Origin: a virus | Taxonomy: Duplodnaviria > Caudoviricetes | Direction: 5' to 3' (one strand) | Virus record (IMG/VR): IMGVR_UViG_3300048901_000218 | Span: 1-39,171 of that record | DNA length: 39,171 nucleotides | Shown here: piece by piece, positions 18,041 to 25,318 of the stretch | Numbering within the stretch: the stretch's first letter is position 1 | Layout: every line of letters starts with the position of its first letter | Notes under the pieces: generated by a model | Databases searched by the model: none | Seen by the model: only the letters and a program-made list of their open reading frames with translations | What the model was told of the DNA's origin: nothing | Translations under genes and position numbers: made by a program

Positions 18041-18946
18041 TTAGCTAATCTTAATCGCACTAAATGATGCGCAAGTAGCAGGAACAACTAATTCTGTATG
18101 AGCTGCTTTTAAGAAAATTGGGAACTTACTGATATTCTTCAGTTGAAGCGTATCGCCGACATTGATCTTGAATCCCTGAACAGAGGTCAGGCAATTCGCA
18201 TCATCGTCTGGGCTTTGGCTAAATCCCCCAACGGAGGAACCTGGCAAAAAGACTCCGTTTAGATAGAAACCCAAGCCCCAACTTGGCACTGGAGCAGGGA
18301 AGGGAGGAGAAAGCCCCCCGTTGGCATCCCATGCGATTGAATAAACGCCGGCCACCAAGAATTTGATGATCCCGAGAGTTGCCGCTTGGGTTAAATCAAA
18401 GTCTGCGGGCAAAGACACAGGACCTATGCTTTCAAATGTCGCATAGTCCTTCACGCCGCCATTAGGAGTTAGAGACTGATCTTTTTCGCTGAAGAGCGAG
18501 CAGAAGATTTTTTGGCAGCAATCTTGATCGCAATCAAGTCCAGGAGGTCCCTGAAGTCCTTGAATTCCTTGAGGACCAGGAACGCCTTGAGCTCCCTGTG
18601 GTCCGATAGCGCCTTGAGGACCTTGCGATCCTGCTGGGCCTTTAGGACCCATGGCTCCATCAGCACCCTTAGGACCTTGAGGACCCATGACGCCTGTCGC
18701 ACCAATAGGACCAGCCGCACCGGTATTACCAATTGGACCCTGTGGACCGACTGAACCCGTTGCGCCTATTGGACCTTGTGGACCTGTCTGTCCCTGAGGC
18801 CCGATATCCCCTTGCGGCCCTACCGCTCCATCAGCACCTTTAGGACCTTGCAATCCTTGTGCCCCTTGCATACCTTGAATTCCCTGTGGCCCTTGTGGAC
18901 CAGGGCAAGAGCAACATCCTTTTTTGTGATCAGGTGGTACTGTCAT
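18041..18946 (-). CDS. Collagen triple-helix protein with Cys clusters and a BclA/C1q-like C-terminal domain
   Basis: About 41 uninterrupted G-X-Y triplets flanked by CCSC and CDQDCC; beta-rich C-terminus; AAGGAG RBS. Confidence 0.85.
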   Translation of the reverse strand: MTVPPDHKKGCCSCPGPQGPQGIQGMQGAQGLQGPKGADGAVGPQGDIGPQGQTGPQGPIGATGSVGPQGPIGNTGAAGPIGATGVMGPQGPKGADGAMGPKGPAGSQGPQGAIGPQGAQGVPGPQGIQGLQGPPGLDCDQDCCQKIFCSLFSEKDQSLTPNGGVKDYATFESIGPVSLPADFDLTQAATLGIIKFLVAGVYSIAWDANGGLSPPFPAPVPSWGLGFYLNGVFLPGSSVGGFSQSPDDDANCLTSVQGFKINVGDTLQLKNISKFPIFLKAAHTELVVPATCASFSAIKIS

Positions 18947-18963
18947 AAATTTTCTCCTTAATT

Positions 18964-18990
18964 AAATGGGGACTAAACGTCCCCACCATT
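18964..18990 (-). terminator. Hairpin terminator downstream of the capsid/decoration genes
   Basis: Minus strand TGGGGAC-GTTTA-GTCCCCA followed by TTTAATT. Confidence 0.6.
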
Positions 18991-18995
18991 TTTGT

Positions 18996-20084
18996 TTACG
19001 CGTTCGTGATTCCGTTGACGAAATCTGCTTTGAACGCCATGACGACCATGTTTGCGTTCGCTACACCGGCCGCGCTGGTACCAATGTTCATGACGAACTG
19101 CGACTTGTTGTCGAAGGCGTCCGCCAAATTGGTTCCAGGAGGCGATGCAGGGATCGTTGCGCTTCCGTTGAGAGGCACAACACCTGATCCAGCAGGGATA
19201 CAGACCGCAGGAGACGCTCCGCCGGCAAAGTTCGCCGACGTTGGGTACTGAAATGCAGTGAATCCGGTCGTGTCTACGTCGATCGTGATCGAAGAGACAG
19301 TCGAGGAGTTCGTTACACTCAAGACCCGAGCTGCACCCGCTGGGTTGCTCGTAAATGGGCCGCTTCCCGATTTGCCAGTCAAATTGCTCAACTGGGTCAT
19401 GCCGTAAGGCGTCGGGATTTGGAAATCGACGAGTTCCCCTGGTGTGTATGGGTTTTGTCTGAAGAAATACACGACCGCCTGCGTTGCTTGCGTGATGAAA
19501 GCAACTGGCAGCGTGTTCGGCAGGAACTGAGTAGGAAATACCTTTTGGTAAAATCCAGTCGTTCCGTTGGCTATCACGAGCCCTGCAGTCACAGCTGAAG
19601 CGGCATAGCCGAGCGTGATGCTCGTGTTTGCCGAGATAGCCGTGATTTGATACAGGTTCGAACCACTGATTTCCTGTGCGCCGGTGATATTGATTAAGCG
19701 AACCAAATCGCCGACAGCGAGTCCCGCAGTGTTACCTGTGGAGACAACAAACGTGGTTCCGTTGACCGCGGTCACAGCCACCTTCGTGAAGGTAGGCGGA
19801 TTCGTTTGGTCAATGAAGGTAAAGCCCCCGCTTGTGCCTTGAGAGGCATAAGTGGTGACACCCGTGGTTGTGGAGCTTGGTTGCCCAAGAGCCAAGAAAG
19901 AGCCAGCAGCCATGGAGCTAAACCATTCGGCGTAGATCGGGTTGGCAGCTGTGCTTTGTGCGCCCCAGTTGGTAGTATCCTTGACGAAAACCCAGTCGGG
20001 TTTATCGGTCATGGGGATATTCACTGCGACGACGGTTGCAGGGTTTGTGTAAGTCCACATCCCAATAAATGAAAATGGCAACAT
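18996..20084 (-). CDS. Putative capsid decoration protein with FCCH-like domains
   Basis: AAGGAGG RBS before ATG 20084; directly follows the capsid gene; T/G/A-rich beta protein. Confidence 0.7.
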   Translation of the reverse strand: MLPFSFIGMWTYTNPATVVAVNIPMTDKPDWVFVKDTTNWGAQSTAANPIYAEWFSSMAAGSFLALGQPSSTTTGVTTYASQGTSGGFTFIDQTNPPTFTKVAVTAVNGTTFVVSTGNTAGLAVGDLVRLINITGAQEISGSNLYQITAISANTSITLGYAASAVTAGLVIANGTTGFYQKVFPTQFLPNTLPVAFITQATQAVVYFFRQNPYTPGELVDFQIPTPYGMTQLSNLTGKSGSGPFTSNPAGAARVLSVTNSSTVSSITIDVDTTGFTAFQYPTSANFAGGASPAVCIPAGSGVVPLNGSATIPASPPGTNLADAFDNKSQFVMNIGTSAAGVANANMVVMAFKADFVNGITNA

Positions 20085-20095
20085 AAAATACCTCC

Positions 20096-20737
20096 TTAAA
20101 TCCCTGTTGAGCGTAGGTTTTGAATCCAGAGGTCGTTTGTGATGCATTGCCCTTGATAGAACGAGCAACCCGCTGTATGCCGCAGCATGCAAGGGTCGTT
20201 GTTATATCCAGGAGGCAGATAGATAAAGCGAGCTTTACCCCCTGCTTGCCACACAACTTTGTATGCCTCTTTTGCGCTCACGAAGCAGTTAGCTATGTCG
20301 TTTCCAAGCAAAGATGCATTGGGGCTGACAGAACCTTGTTCAGAGGCAAAGAAGCGCACGTTGTTCGCTCCGCCTATCTCAACGCTCAAAGTCTGAGATA
20401 TGTTTGGGTACTGGAACTTCTTGATGAATCCGCTCATGTTGTAGAGAACCGGAATCATGCGAGTCGTCAGCATGCACCCGTAGGCATCGCCTATTGGTGA
20501 TGTGCCAAAACGCAACTCGGCTTCCACGATGTTCGTGATGTACTCGCCTGAGTTGTTTTGGAGGACGGTAAAGACATCATCCACATCCGTGATTGTCATC
20601 TCGGTTGGGATGTCGCCGTTCGTTCCGCCTACGCAGTTGATGTTTGACGCAGAAGACTCTAAGTTGTCTCTTTGCAGAGCGTCTTGAGTCTCACGGAGAG
20701 ACTGGCCAAGACGAGCCGCTGCGCTATTCAAAACTGG
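20096..20737 (-). CDS. Major capsid protein, exon 3 (N4-gp56-like family)
   Basis: PVLNSAAARLGQSLRETQD...QYP...EIGGANNVRF...NNDPCMLRHTAG. There is no RBS; the segment begins right after the intron terminal G. Confidence 0.88.
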   Translation of the reverse strand, partial: PVLNSAAARLGQSLRETQDALQRDNLESSASNINCVGGTNGDIPTEMTITDVDDVFTVLQNNSGEYITNIVEAELRFGTSPIGDAYGCMLTTRMIPVLYNMSGFIKKFQYPNISQTLSVEIGGANNVRFFASEQGSVSPNASLLGNDIANCFVSAKEAYKVVWQAGGKARFIYLPPGYNNDPCMLRHTAGCSFYQGQCITNDLWIQNLRSTGI

Positions 20738-21442
20738 CAATCTGTTACTTTTATGACCTATTTCTAGGCGGGAAAAGCTCTTCGGCCTTTCCTCACTGCC
20801 TTCATTTATTCGCAGTGTTCAGACTATCGCATCACCTTTCGGTGTCTACTCACTTAGTCGTTCACGGTAGATTTATATTATACACTCATGCATACTATAG
20901 AAAAGGAGTTGACGTGTTTGAAGAATTGAGTTTCGCATATCTTGCTGGCTACATTGACGGAGACGGGTGCTTTTACATTGATACGGTAAAATCCCCTAGT
21001 AAAAATAAAATCCATCACCGAACCGTTCTTAAATTCGCTTCTGTTGATGTCGAAATAATGGAATGGCTCTCTGCTTTTCTGGGCATCACATTTTGGAAAA
21101 AGGTTGTTTCTAAAAAAAGAAAACACCTTAATCGAAGAGATGTCTATGAGGCCAATCTCACAGGAATAGCTCTGGACAAACTTCTTCCAAAGATTCTCCC
21201 TTATCTTCGAATCAAAAAGAAACACTGCGAAATCATGATAAAGATGAGAAAAACGTACATAAAGCCGAGCAAAGGAGTTGTTTATCCTAAGCCCACTCAA
21301 GAAATTCTCGATCTTCGTCATCAACTTCATTTTCAACTTCGTTCTCTAAATATTCATAAATCTATAAATCCTTCCGCCTTGTCACCCTCTGAAGGGCTTC
21401 CAAGTCAATCAGAGTAGATTTACCGAGGACTCAATTTTGTTA
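20738..21442 (-). ncRNA. Group I self-splicing intron (705 nt) in the major capsid gene
   Basis: 5' splice site after U with P1 CGAGGAU/GUCCUCG. P10 CAAAAUUG/CAGUUUUG; P3 UCUACUC/GAGUAGA; P4-P5; P6 GCGG/CCGU; P6a GGAUUUAUA/UAUAAAUCU; P7 GACUA/UAGUC; P8 CACC-GAAA-GGUG; three P9 hairpins; terminal G. Removal restores the reading frame. Confidence 0.93.
20914..21417 (+). CDS. Single-motif LAGLIDADG homing endonuclease, antisense within the intron
   Basis: AYLAGYIDGDGCF motif and LPKILPYLRIKKKHCEI motif; AAGGAG RBS before GTG 20914; 167 aa. Confidence 0.92.
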   Translation: MFEELSFAYLAGYIDGDGCFYIDTVKSPSKNKIHHRTVLKFASVDVEIMEWLSAFLGITFWKKVVSKKRKHLNRRDVYEANLTGIALDKLLPKILPYLRIKKKHCEIMIKMRKTYIKPSKGVVYPKPTQEILDLRHQLHFQLRSLNIHKSINPSALSPSEGLPSQSE

Positions 21443-21508
21443 ATCCTCGTTGGTTATCGTCACTTGTCTCGTTAAAACGATATAAGTGGCGTATACGCGA
21501 ACTCGGCA
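21443..21508 (-). CDS. Major capsid protein, exon 2 (66 nt, CRVRVYATYIVLTRQVTITNED)
   Basis: 22 open codons in phase 0 with both exon 1 and exon 3; not reported in this frame by the ORF track. Confidence 0.85.
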
Positions 21509-21550
21509 CAATTACGCCGCGTATAACTCCCATGTGGACTGCCGAAGTCT
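21509..21550 (-). other. 42-nt core-less group I-like mini-intron in the major capsid gene
   Basis: Contains an in-frame TAA, follows a U and ends in G. P1 AUGUGGAU/GUCCACAU has a U-G pair at the splice site. P10 is CGGCA/UGCCG. No P3-P8 core. Confidence 0.75.
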
Positions 21551-21790
21551 ATCCACATCAACGCGATTAAGCTGCTGAGGTGGTGGGTTGTTTTGGCCAT
21601 CGTCGAGAGGCACTTCAAACAGGTCGAGCCTGTCATAGCGTGACTGCCGATCAATGAAGCCTTGATTATCTGGCAACTCCACAGGGGTAGCAAACAACTG
21701 GTGAATCAGGTTGTGCTCGGGAGTCGACAGTAACTTTGCGTTGTACCGCTGTTGAATTTGCGGTGGCAACGTTGCAATTGATACCGACAT
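21551..21790 (-). CDS. Major capsid protein, exon 1 (80 codons)
   Basis: MSVSIATLPPQIQQRYNAKLLSTP...RYDRL...QQLNRVDVD; AAGGGA RBS; follows the scaffold gene; spliced product 315 aa. Confidence 0.88.
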
Positions 21791-21808
21791 AGTGTTCCCT
21801 TTGACCTA

Positions 21809-22594
21809 CTAGGTCATTTCGGGAACCGATCCGGCTAAAGCTGCATATCCATGCATTTCACGGTATAAGTCCTTCTTCATGGCGTCGGTCAGCTTGAAAG
21901 CCTGGGCAATAGGCCGCTTGTCGTAAGCCATAGGAGACGTCACCGCCTTCTCTTGCTTCTCGATAGCCTTGTCTACTTCCTTCTCTCTTCGCACTTCCTT
22001 AGCCGTTTGGGAAAGCCCCATGGCCTTGATGTATTTGTAGCTTTGTACTCCGATTTTGTACGGGTCTTTTAAGTCCGCAATCGTAGCCGCCAGTTCCGGT
22101 TCCTTTTCTTCCAAAATTGATAAAGTTTCAGGATTGACGACCTCGGAGAAATCTGAGTATTGACGCTGCAAACGATCCATGAATTGAGTGTCTTGCTGCT
22201 TCTTGAACTGTCTTTCGACTTCTTGACGCACCAAGTCTTCGGCGTTTTTGAGTACTTTCTGAGAACTTTTCTCAGCTAGCTTTTTCACCTTACCTAAAGG
22301 AATGAACTCTTCATCGCCGATACGATCCAACTCATCGAGCTCTTGCCGCACGGGCGCCTGATTCTGCTGGGCTAACTGAGCCTGCATCATAGACATCTGT
22401 GCTTCGCGCACTTGTTTCAGCTCTCTTTCGAGTTCGGCATTCTTTAGACGCATGGCCTTCAAGTGCTGGTTCGTCACCGGCTCCTGAGCTGGCTGTTGCG
22501 CCTCTTTCACTTCATTGATCTGGTTCGCATCAACCTGAGGTGCTACCTCTTTAACTTCGCTGTTTGGGCTGTCTTGCATTGCAGTCGCAGTCAT
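21809..22594 (-). CDS. Putative capsid scaffolding protein
   Basis: Q/E/K-rich coiled-coil protein directly upstream of the capsid gene; GAGG RBS before ATG 22594. Confidence 0.75.
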   Translation of the reverse strand: MTATAMQDSPNSEVKEVAPQVDANQINEVKEAQQPAQEPVTNQHLKAMRLKNAELERELKQVREAQMSMMQAQLAQQNQAPVRQELDELDRIGDEEFIPLGKVKKLAEKSSQKVLKNAEDLVRQEVERQFKKQQDTQFMDRLQRQYSDFSEVVNPETLSILEEKEPELAATIADLKDPYKIGVQSYKYIKAMGLSQTAKEVRREKEVDKAIEKQEKAVTSPMAYDKRPIAQAFKLTDAMKKDLYREMHGYAALAGSVPEMT

Positions 22595-22639
22595 GAATTT
22601 CCTCTTTGTTCGGTGGTTGGCTAGTCCCACATACGCCAT

Positions 22640-22665
22640 GTCGGAAGGCTACTCCGACTTTTTTT
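22640..22665 (+). terminator. Hairpin plus T7 run (plus-strand terminator, or structured leader of the scaffold mRNA)
   Basis: GTCGGA-AGGCTAC-TCCGAC-TTTTTTT. Confidence 0.5.
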
Positions 22666-22724
22666 GCGCCTTACATTGACTTTGTTTAATAAAAATAATA
22701 TATGTCTAATAAAACCCGAGCAGT

Positions 22725-23105
22725 ATGCATTGCGATAATTGCAAAACGGAAAGAAAAGAAACTGATTTTATAAATAATCAGAAATTCTGCTTTCGGTGTA
22801 TGTATCGGATAAAGCTAGAAAATGAACCGAAAAAGCGAACGCCAAAAAAACATCTATGCCGCACCTGTGGAAAGGAAGTAGTCCATAGGTCGGAGCAGAA
22901 AAAACGCCAAAGAACCGTCTATTGCTCGCTCTCATGCGCCTCTAGGGGCCACAGGGAGCAGCTAGATAATCACTGGACTAGAACTATCGGGGAAAAAAAG
23001 ACATGGAACACCAATCAAGACTCGATCCCTCAAGAGAAACCGTCGGGAAGATATACCGCGATGCGCAGATTAATGCCGAAGAAGGCGTTGTCATCGGGGA
23101 TGTGA
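22725..23105 (+). CDS. Zinc-finger-like protein
   Basis: CDNC, CFRC, CRTC and YCSLSC motifs. Confidence 0.7.
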   Translation: MHCDNCKTERKETDFINNQKFCFRCMYRIKLENEPKKRTPKKHLCRTCGKEVVHRSEQKKRQRTVYCSLSCASRGHREQLDNHWTRTIGEKKTWNTNQDSIPQEKPSGRYTAMRRLMPKKALSSGM

Positions 23106-23560
23106 ATCACGAGATCAAGAAAGACTTGGTGAAGGACATAAACGAAGCAATCGAAATGGGGCTGGCCTCAAGCGAATTCAAAGGAAAGCCTTTCTATCTC
23201 GCTCTCTATGAAAAGTACGACCTTATGCTAAAGCGCGGCCTCGTGAGGATACGGAAAATCACGAAATACCGACCTTATCCCGAGCAGGACATGATGCTTT
23301 TTCACGTCTACCCCGAAGGTGAGGTTTACTTCTGTTGGGAGTTGCCGCATAGAACCCAGATGATGAATATTCTGGCGAATGAAAATCTCTATCCTCCAGA
23401 GCAGGTGCTTTTGATTAAGCGCTGGGAAAATATTCAGCTCGAATACTTCGGCTTCAAGAAAGACGGCGAAGGCAACTGGGTTGAAAACGAGCTCTACCGA
23501 GGCGACTACCTCATGGGAGCGCCTCAACAAGAGAAGAAAGCGAAGATACTACTCGTTTAG
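23003..23560 (+). CDS. Hypothetical protein
   Basis: 185-aa ORF with normal protein composition. Confidence 0.8.
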   Translation: MEHQSRLDPSRETVGKIYRDAQINAEEGVVIGDVNHEIKKDLVKDINEAIEMGLASSEFKGKPFYLALYEKYDLMLKRGLVRIRKITKYRPYPEQDMMLFHVYPEGEVYFCWELPHRTQMMNILANENLYPPEQVLLIKRWENIQLEYFGFKKDGEGNWVENELYRGDYLMGAPQQEKKAKILLV

Positions 23561-23830
23561 CCAAGAGCCCCAGCGTTTCAGATAGACCATGATTTCGTAG
23601 GTCTGGTCAAGGCCAAGCTCCTTACACCAGGCCGCATCGCTGATAATCGCTTCGTGCTCTATCCGGCCCCGAACATTGACGTATCTTGTTTCTGGTCTTC
23701 CCTTTGGCGGCTCTTGTCCTTCAATCATGGGTTTCCTCACAACATTCAAATGGGTAAAGTGATCCTGCTGACGGCAAGGGCAACCTGCGCCACAAATACT
23801 CTCTAGAGTGTATTCCCCTTCGCTGGACAC
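23549..23830 (-). CDS. Hypothetical protein
   Basis: GAGGAG RBS before GTG; downstream of the partition genes. Confidence 0.65.
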   Translation of the reverse strand: MSSEGEYTLESICGAGCPCRQQDHFTHLNVVRKPMIEGQEPPKGRPETRYVNVRGRIEHEAIISDAAWCKELGLDQTYEIMVYLKRWGSWLNE

Positions 23831-23839
23831 AAAAACTCC

Positions 23840-24055
23840 TCAAAATGACCTCAGCCTTTGATAAATGGCCTCTAGAATCCACTCGGTACGCTTTCCCCAA
23901 GACTTTTTTGCTACCGCAGCATCCAATTCATCGAGCATCTCCATGGGAATATTAAGAAGCACTTGATGGGATTTCTTTACTTTACTTGCCTTCACATCGG
24001 CACCTTTGTCAATGAAATCCTGCACGGACGGCTCCTTTTTCTTCTTTACTGCCAT
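23840..24055 (-). CDS. ParG-like ribbon-helix-helix centromere-binding protein
   Basis: 71 aa; flexible N-tail, then VLLNIPMEMLDELDAAV...RTEWILEAI; directly after parA; AGGAG RBS. Confidence 0.75.
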   Translation of the reverse strand: MAVKKKKEPSVQDFIDKGADVKASKVKKSHQVLLNIPMEMLDELDAAVAKKSWGKRTEWILEAIYQRLRSF

Positions 24056-24091
24056 ATGTCTCCTATATATCCTATGTATATTAAGTGTATA
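24053..24091. repeat. 11-bp-period YRTATR array (4 copies) between parA and the RHH gene
   Basis: CATATG-tctcc-TATATA-tccta-TGTATA-ttaag-TGTATA. Confidence 0.6.
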
Positions 24092-24716
24092 GAGCATCGT
24101 ACAAATGTTGCATCTCTTCGCAAGCCTTCTTGTCTCTGGGGCGCATCTCTCCGACCCCGAGTCCTTCAGCAGCCGCATTACGGAAAGCCTTCCTATTTCC
24201 TATGACGCAAGGAAGCGTTTCTATCTCAGCGAACTCCTTGAGGATACCCTTAGCTTCGTCATTGTCCGTCCCTTGAGGATCAGCCTGGCAAATGACGGCA
24301 TATGTCTTGAGATAGACGTTTACGCATTCTGAAAGGATCACGCGGATAGGCGACATAGTCCAAATGTCGATCGATGAAGGCTTGAAAGGGAGAAGTAGCT
24401 TATCCGCTACACATAGGGCTGACCTTTGGCTCGTGGTATCCCTGCCACCGGTATCCACGATGATGTCATCGTAGTCGTGTTTTAGTTTGGCTAGATTGAC
24501 ATGAATTGACTTCCCCGACATGCAGACAGTTGCAAACGAGGCTTCTAATCTGTCGCCCACAAGGCAATCGCGTTGCTGCGACCAATCCCAGGCGCTTTTC
24601 TGCTCATCGGCATCGACAAGCAGGACTTTTTGGTTGAGCGACCTCATGACGGCCAGATTCGTGGCGATCGTCGTCTTGCCACTGCCGCCTTTAATTCCTC
24701 CGACTACAAGAATCAT
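24081..24716 (-). CDS. parA: ParA-family (type Ib, ParF-like) partition ATPase
   Basis: Deviant Walker A KGGSGKTT, LLVDADEQ, IIVDTGG; 211 aa with no N-terminal HTH. Confidence 0.92.
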   Translation of the reverse strand: MILVVGGIKGGSGKTTIATNLAVMRSLNQKVLLVDADEQKSAWDWSQQRDCLVGDRLEASFATVCMSGKSIHVNLAKLKHDYDDIIVDTGGRDTTSQRSALCVADKLLLPFKPSSIDIWTMSPIRVILSECVNVYLKTYAVICQADPQGTDNDEAKGILKEFAEIETLPCVIGNRKAFRNAAAEGLGVGEMRPRDKKACEEMQHLYDALYT

Positions 24717-24763
24717 ATGCCTCCTCTATGTTTTGCATATATGGGGCATATATCATGCATATA
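24714..24763. repeat. 11-bp-period CATATR array (5 copies) over the parA start/promoter
   Basis: CATATG-cctcc-TCTATG-ttttg-CATATA-tgggg-CATATA-tcatg-CATATA. Confidence 0.7.
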
Positions 24764-24808
24764 AAATATTAAGCGTCAAATACACGAAAGCTATAGAAAC
24801 TATAGGAT

Positions 24809-24889
24809 TGGTGGCCCGAGTAAGACTTGCGCTTACGCCTCGGCTAGGTCATAACTCCAGCCGTATTCTACTTCCTGAACTATCAGGCC
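24809..24889 (-). ncRNA. tRNA-like RNA (81 nt) with encoded CCA and an aberrant anticodon arm
   Basis: Acceptor GGCCUGA/UCGGGCC+ACCA, U8A9, D arm GUUC/GAAU, T arm GUAAG-CGCAAGU-CUUAC. The anticodon arm is 23 nt instead of 17. Confidence 0.75.
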
Positions 24890-24895
24890 GAATGA

Positions 24896-25078
24896 TTACT
24901 GCTTGGGAATATGAAGAGTGAGGCGCATCTTGTCTTGGCGCATGGCGTTATTTTCCAAGTCGCGCATAGTGCTTTCAGGTTCCCTCCGATAGTTGAGCGA
25001 GTACTGCTCCTCCATGGATATAGGGCCTTTTTGCACTTCTACGGGCTCTTTAGGACTTGATCTTTCTTTCTTAGTCAT
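24896..25078 (-). CDS. Small hypothetical protein
   Basis: 60 aa, follows in the portal operon. Confidence 0.6.
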   Translation of the reverse strand: MTKKERSSPKEPVEVQKGPISMEEQYSLNYRREPESTMRDLENNAMRQDKMRLTLHIPKQ

Positions 25079-25090
25079 AAGAGCCCCCGA

Positions 25091-25288
25091 TTAGGAATAA
25101 CGGCCTTGATAAGACTGCTTATTCACGTCTTTTGCCATGCCGGCTTGCCTTTTGTCTTGGCGCTCGACATACTCGGTGGTTTTATTGAAACCGCGCTGAG
25201 AAAAGTCTTTTTCAGGTTTTTGATAGCTCTCGACAGTAGGTTTCATGTCCCCTTGTTCGTAGCCTCTTTTTGCCATGCCTTCTTTCAT
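25091..25288 (-). CDS. Small hydrophilic protein
   Basis: 65 aa, GAGGTG RBS, downstream of portal. Confidence 0.7.
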   Translation of the reverse strand: MKEGMAKRGYEQGDMKPTVESYQKPEKDFSQRGFNKTTEYVERQDKRQAGMAKDVNKQSYQGRYS

Positions 25289-25318
25289 AAATCACCTCTC
25301 CTGGGTTTAAACTTAAAA

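Noticed and set aside
20644-20913. N-terminal 90 aa of the 257-aa ORF-track call
   Set aside because: This is antisense to exon 3 and the intron core. The RBS and the LAGLIDADG motif position support a start at GTG 20914.
21512-21514. Stop-codon readthrough, recoding or ribosomal hopping as the explanation for the capsid TAA
   Set aside because: TAA is used as a normal stop throughout the genome. There is no matched take-off/landing codon pair (GAT vs TTG), and the stop is not adjacent to the take-off site. The exact P1/P10 complementarity is better explained by splicing, although these alternatives are not formally excluded.
20096-21790. Capsid gene as a pseudogene or as two separate genes
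   Set aside because: Precise phase-0 removal of two inserts with splice signals restores one open frame, and the other virion genes look intact.
24850-24858. GGAGTTAT shared between the tRNA-like loop and the mini-intron
   Set aside because: An 8-mer match is expected about once by chance in a two-stranded 39-kb sequence, and there is no further similarity.
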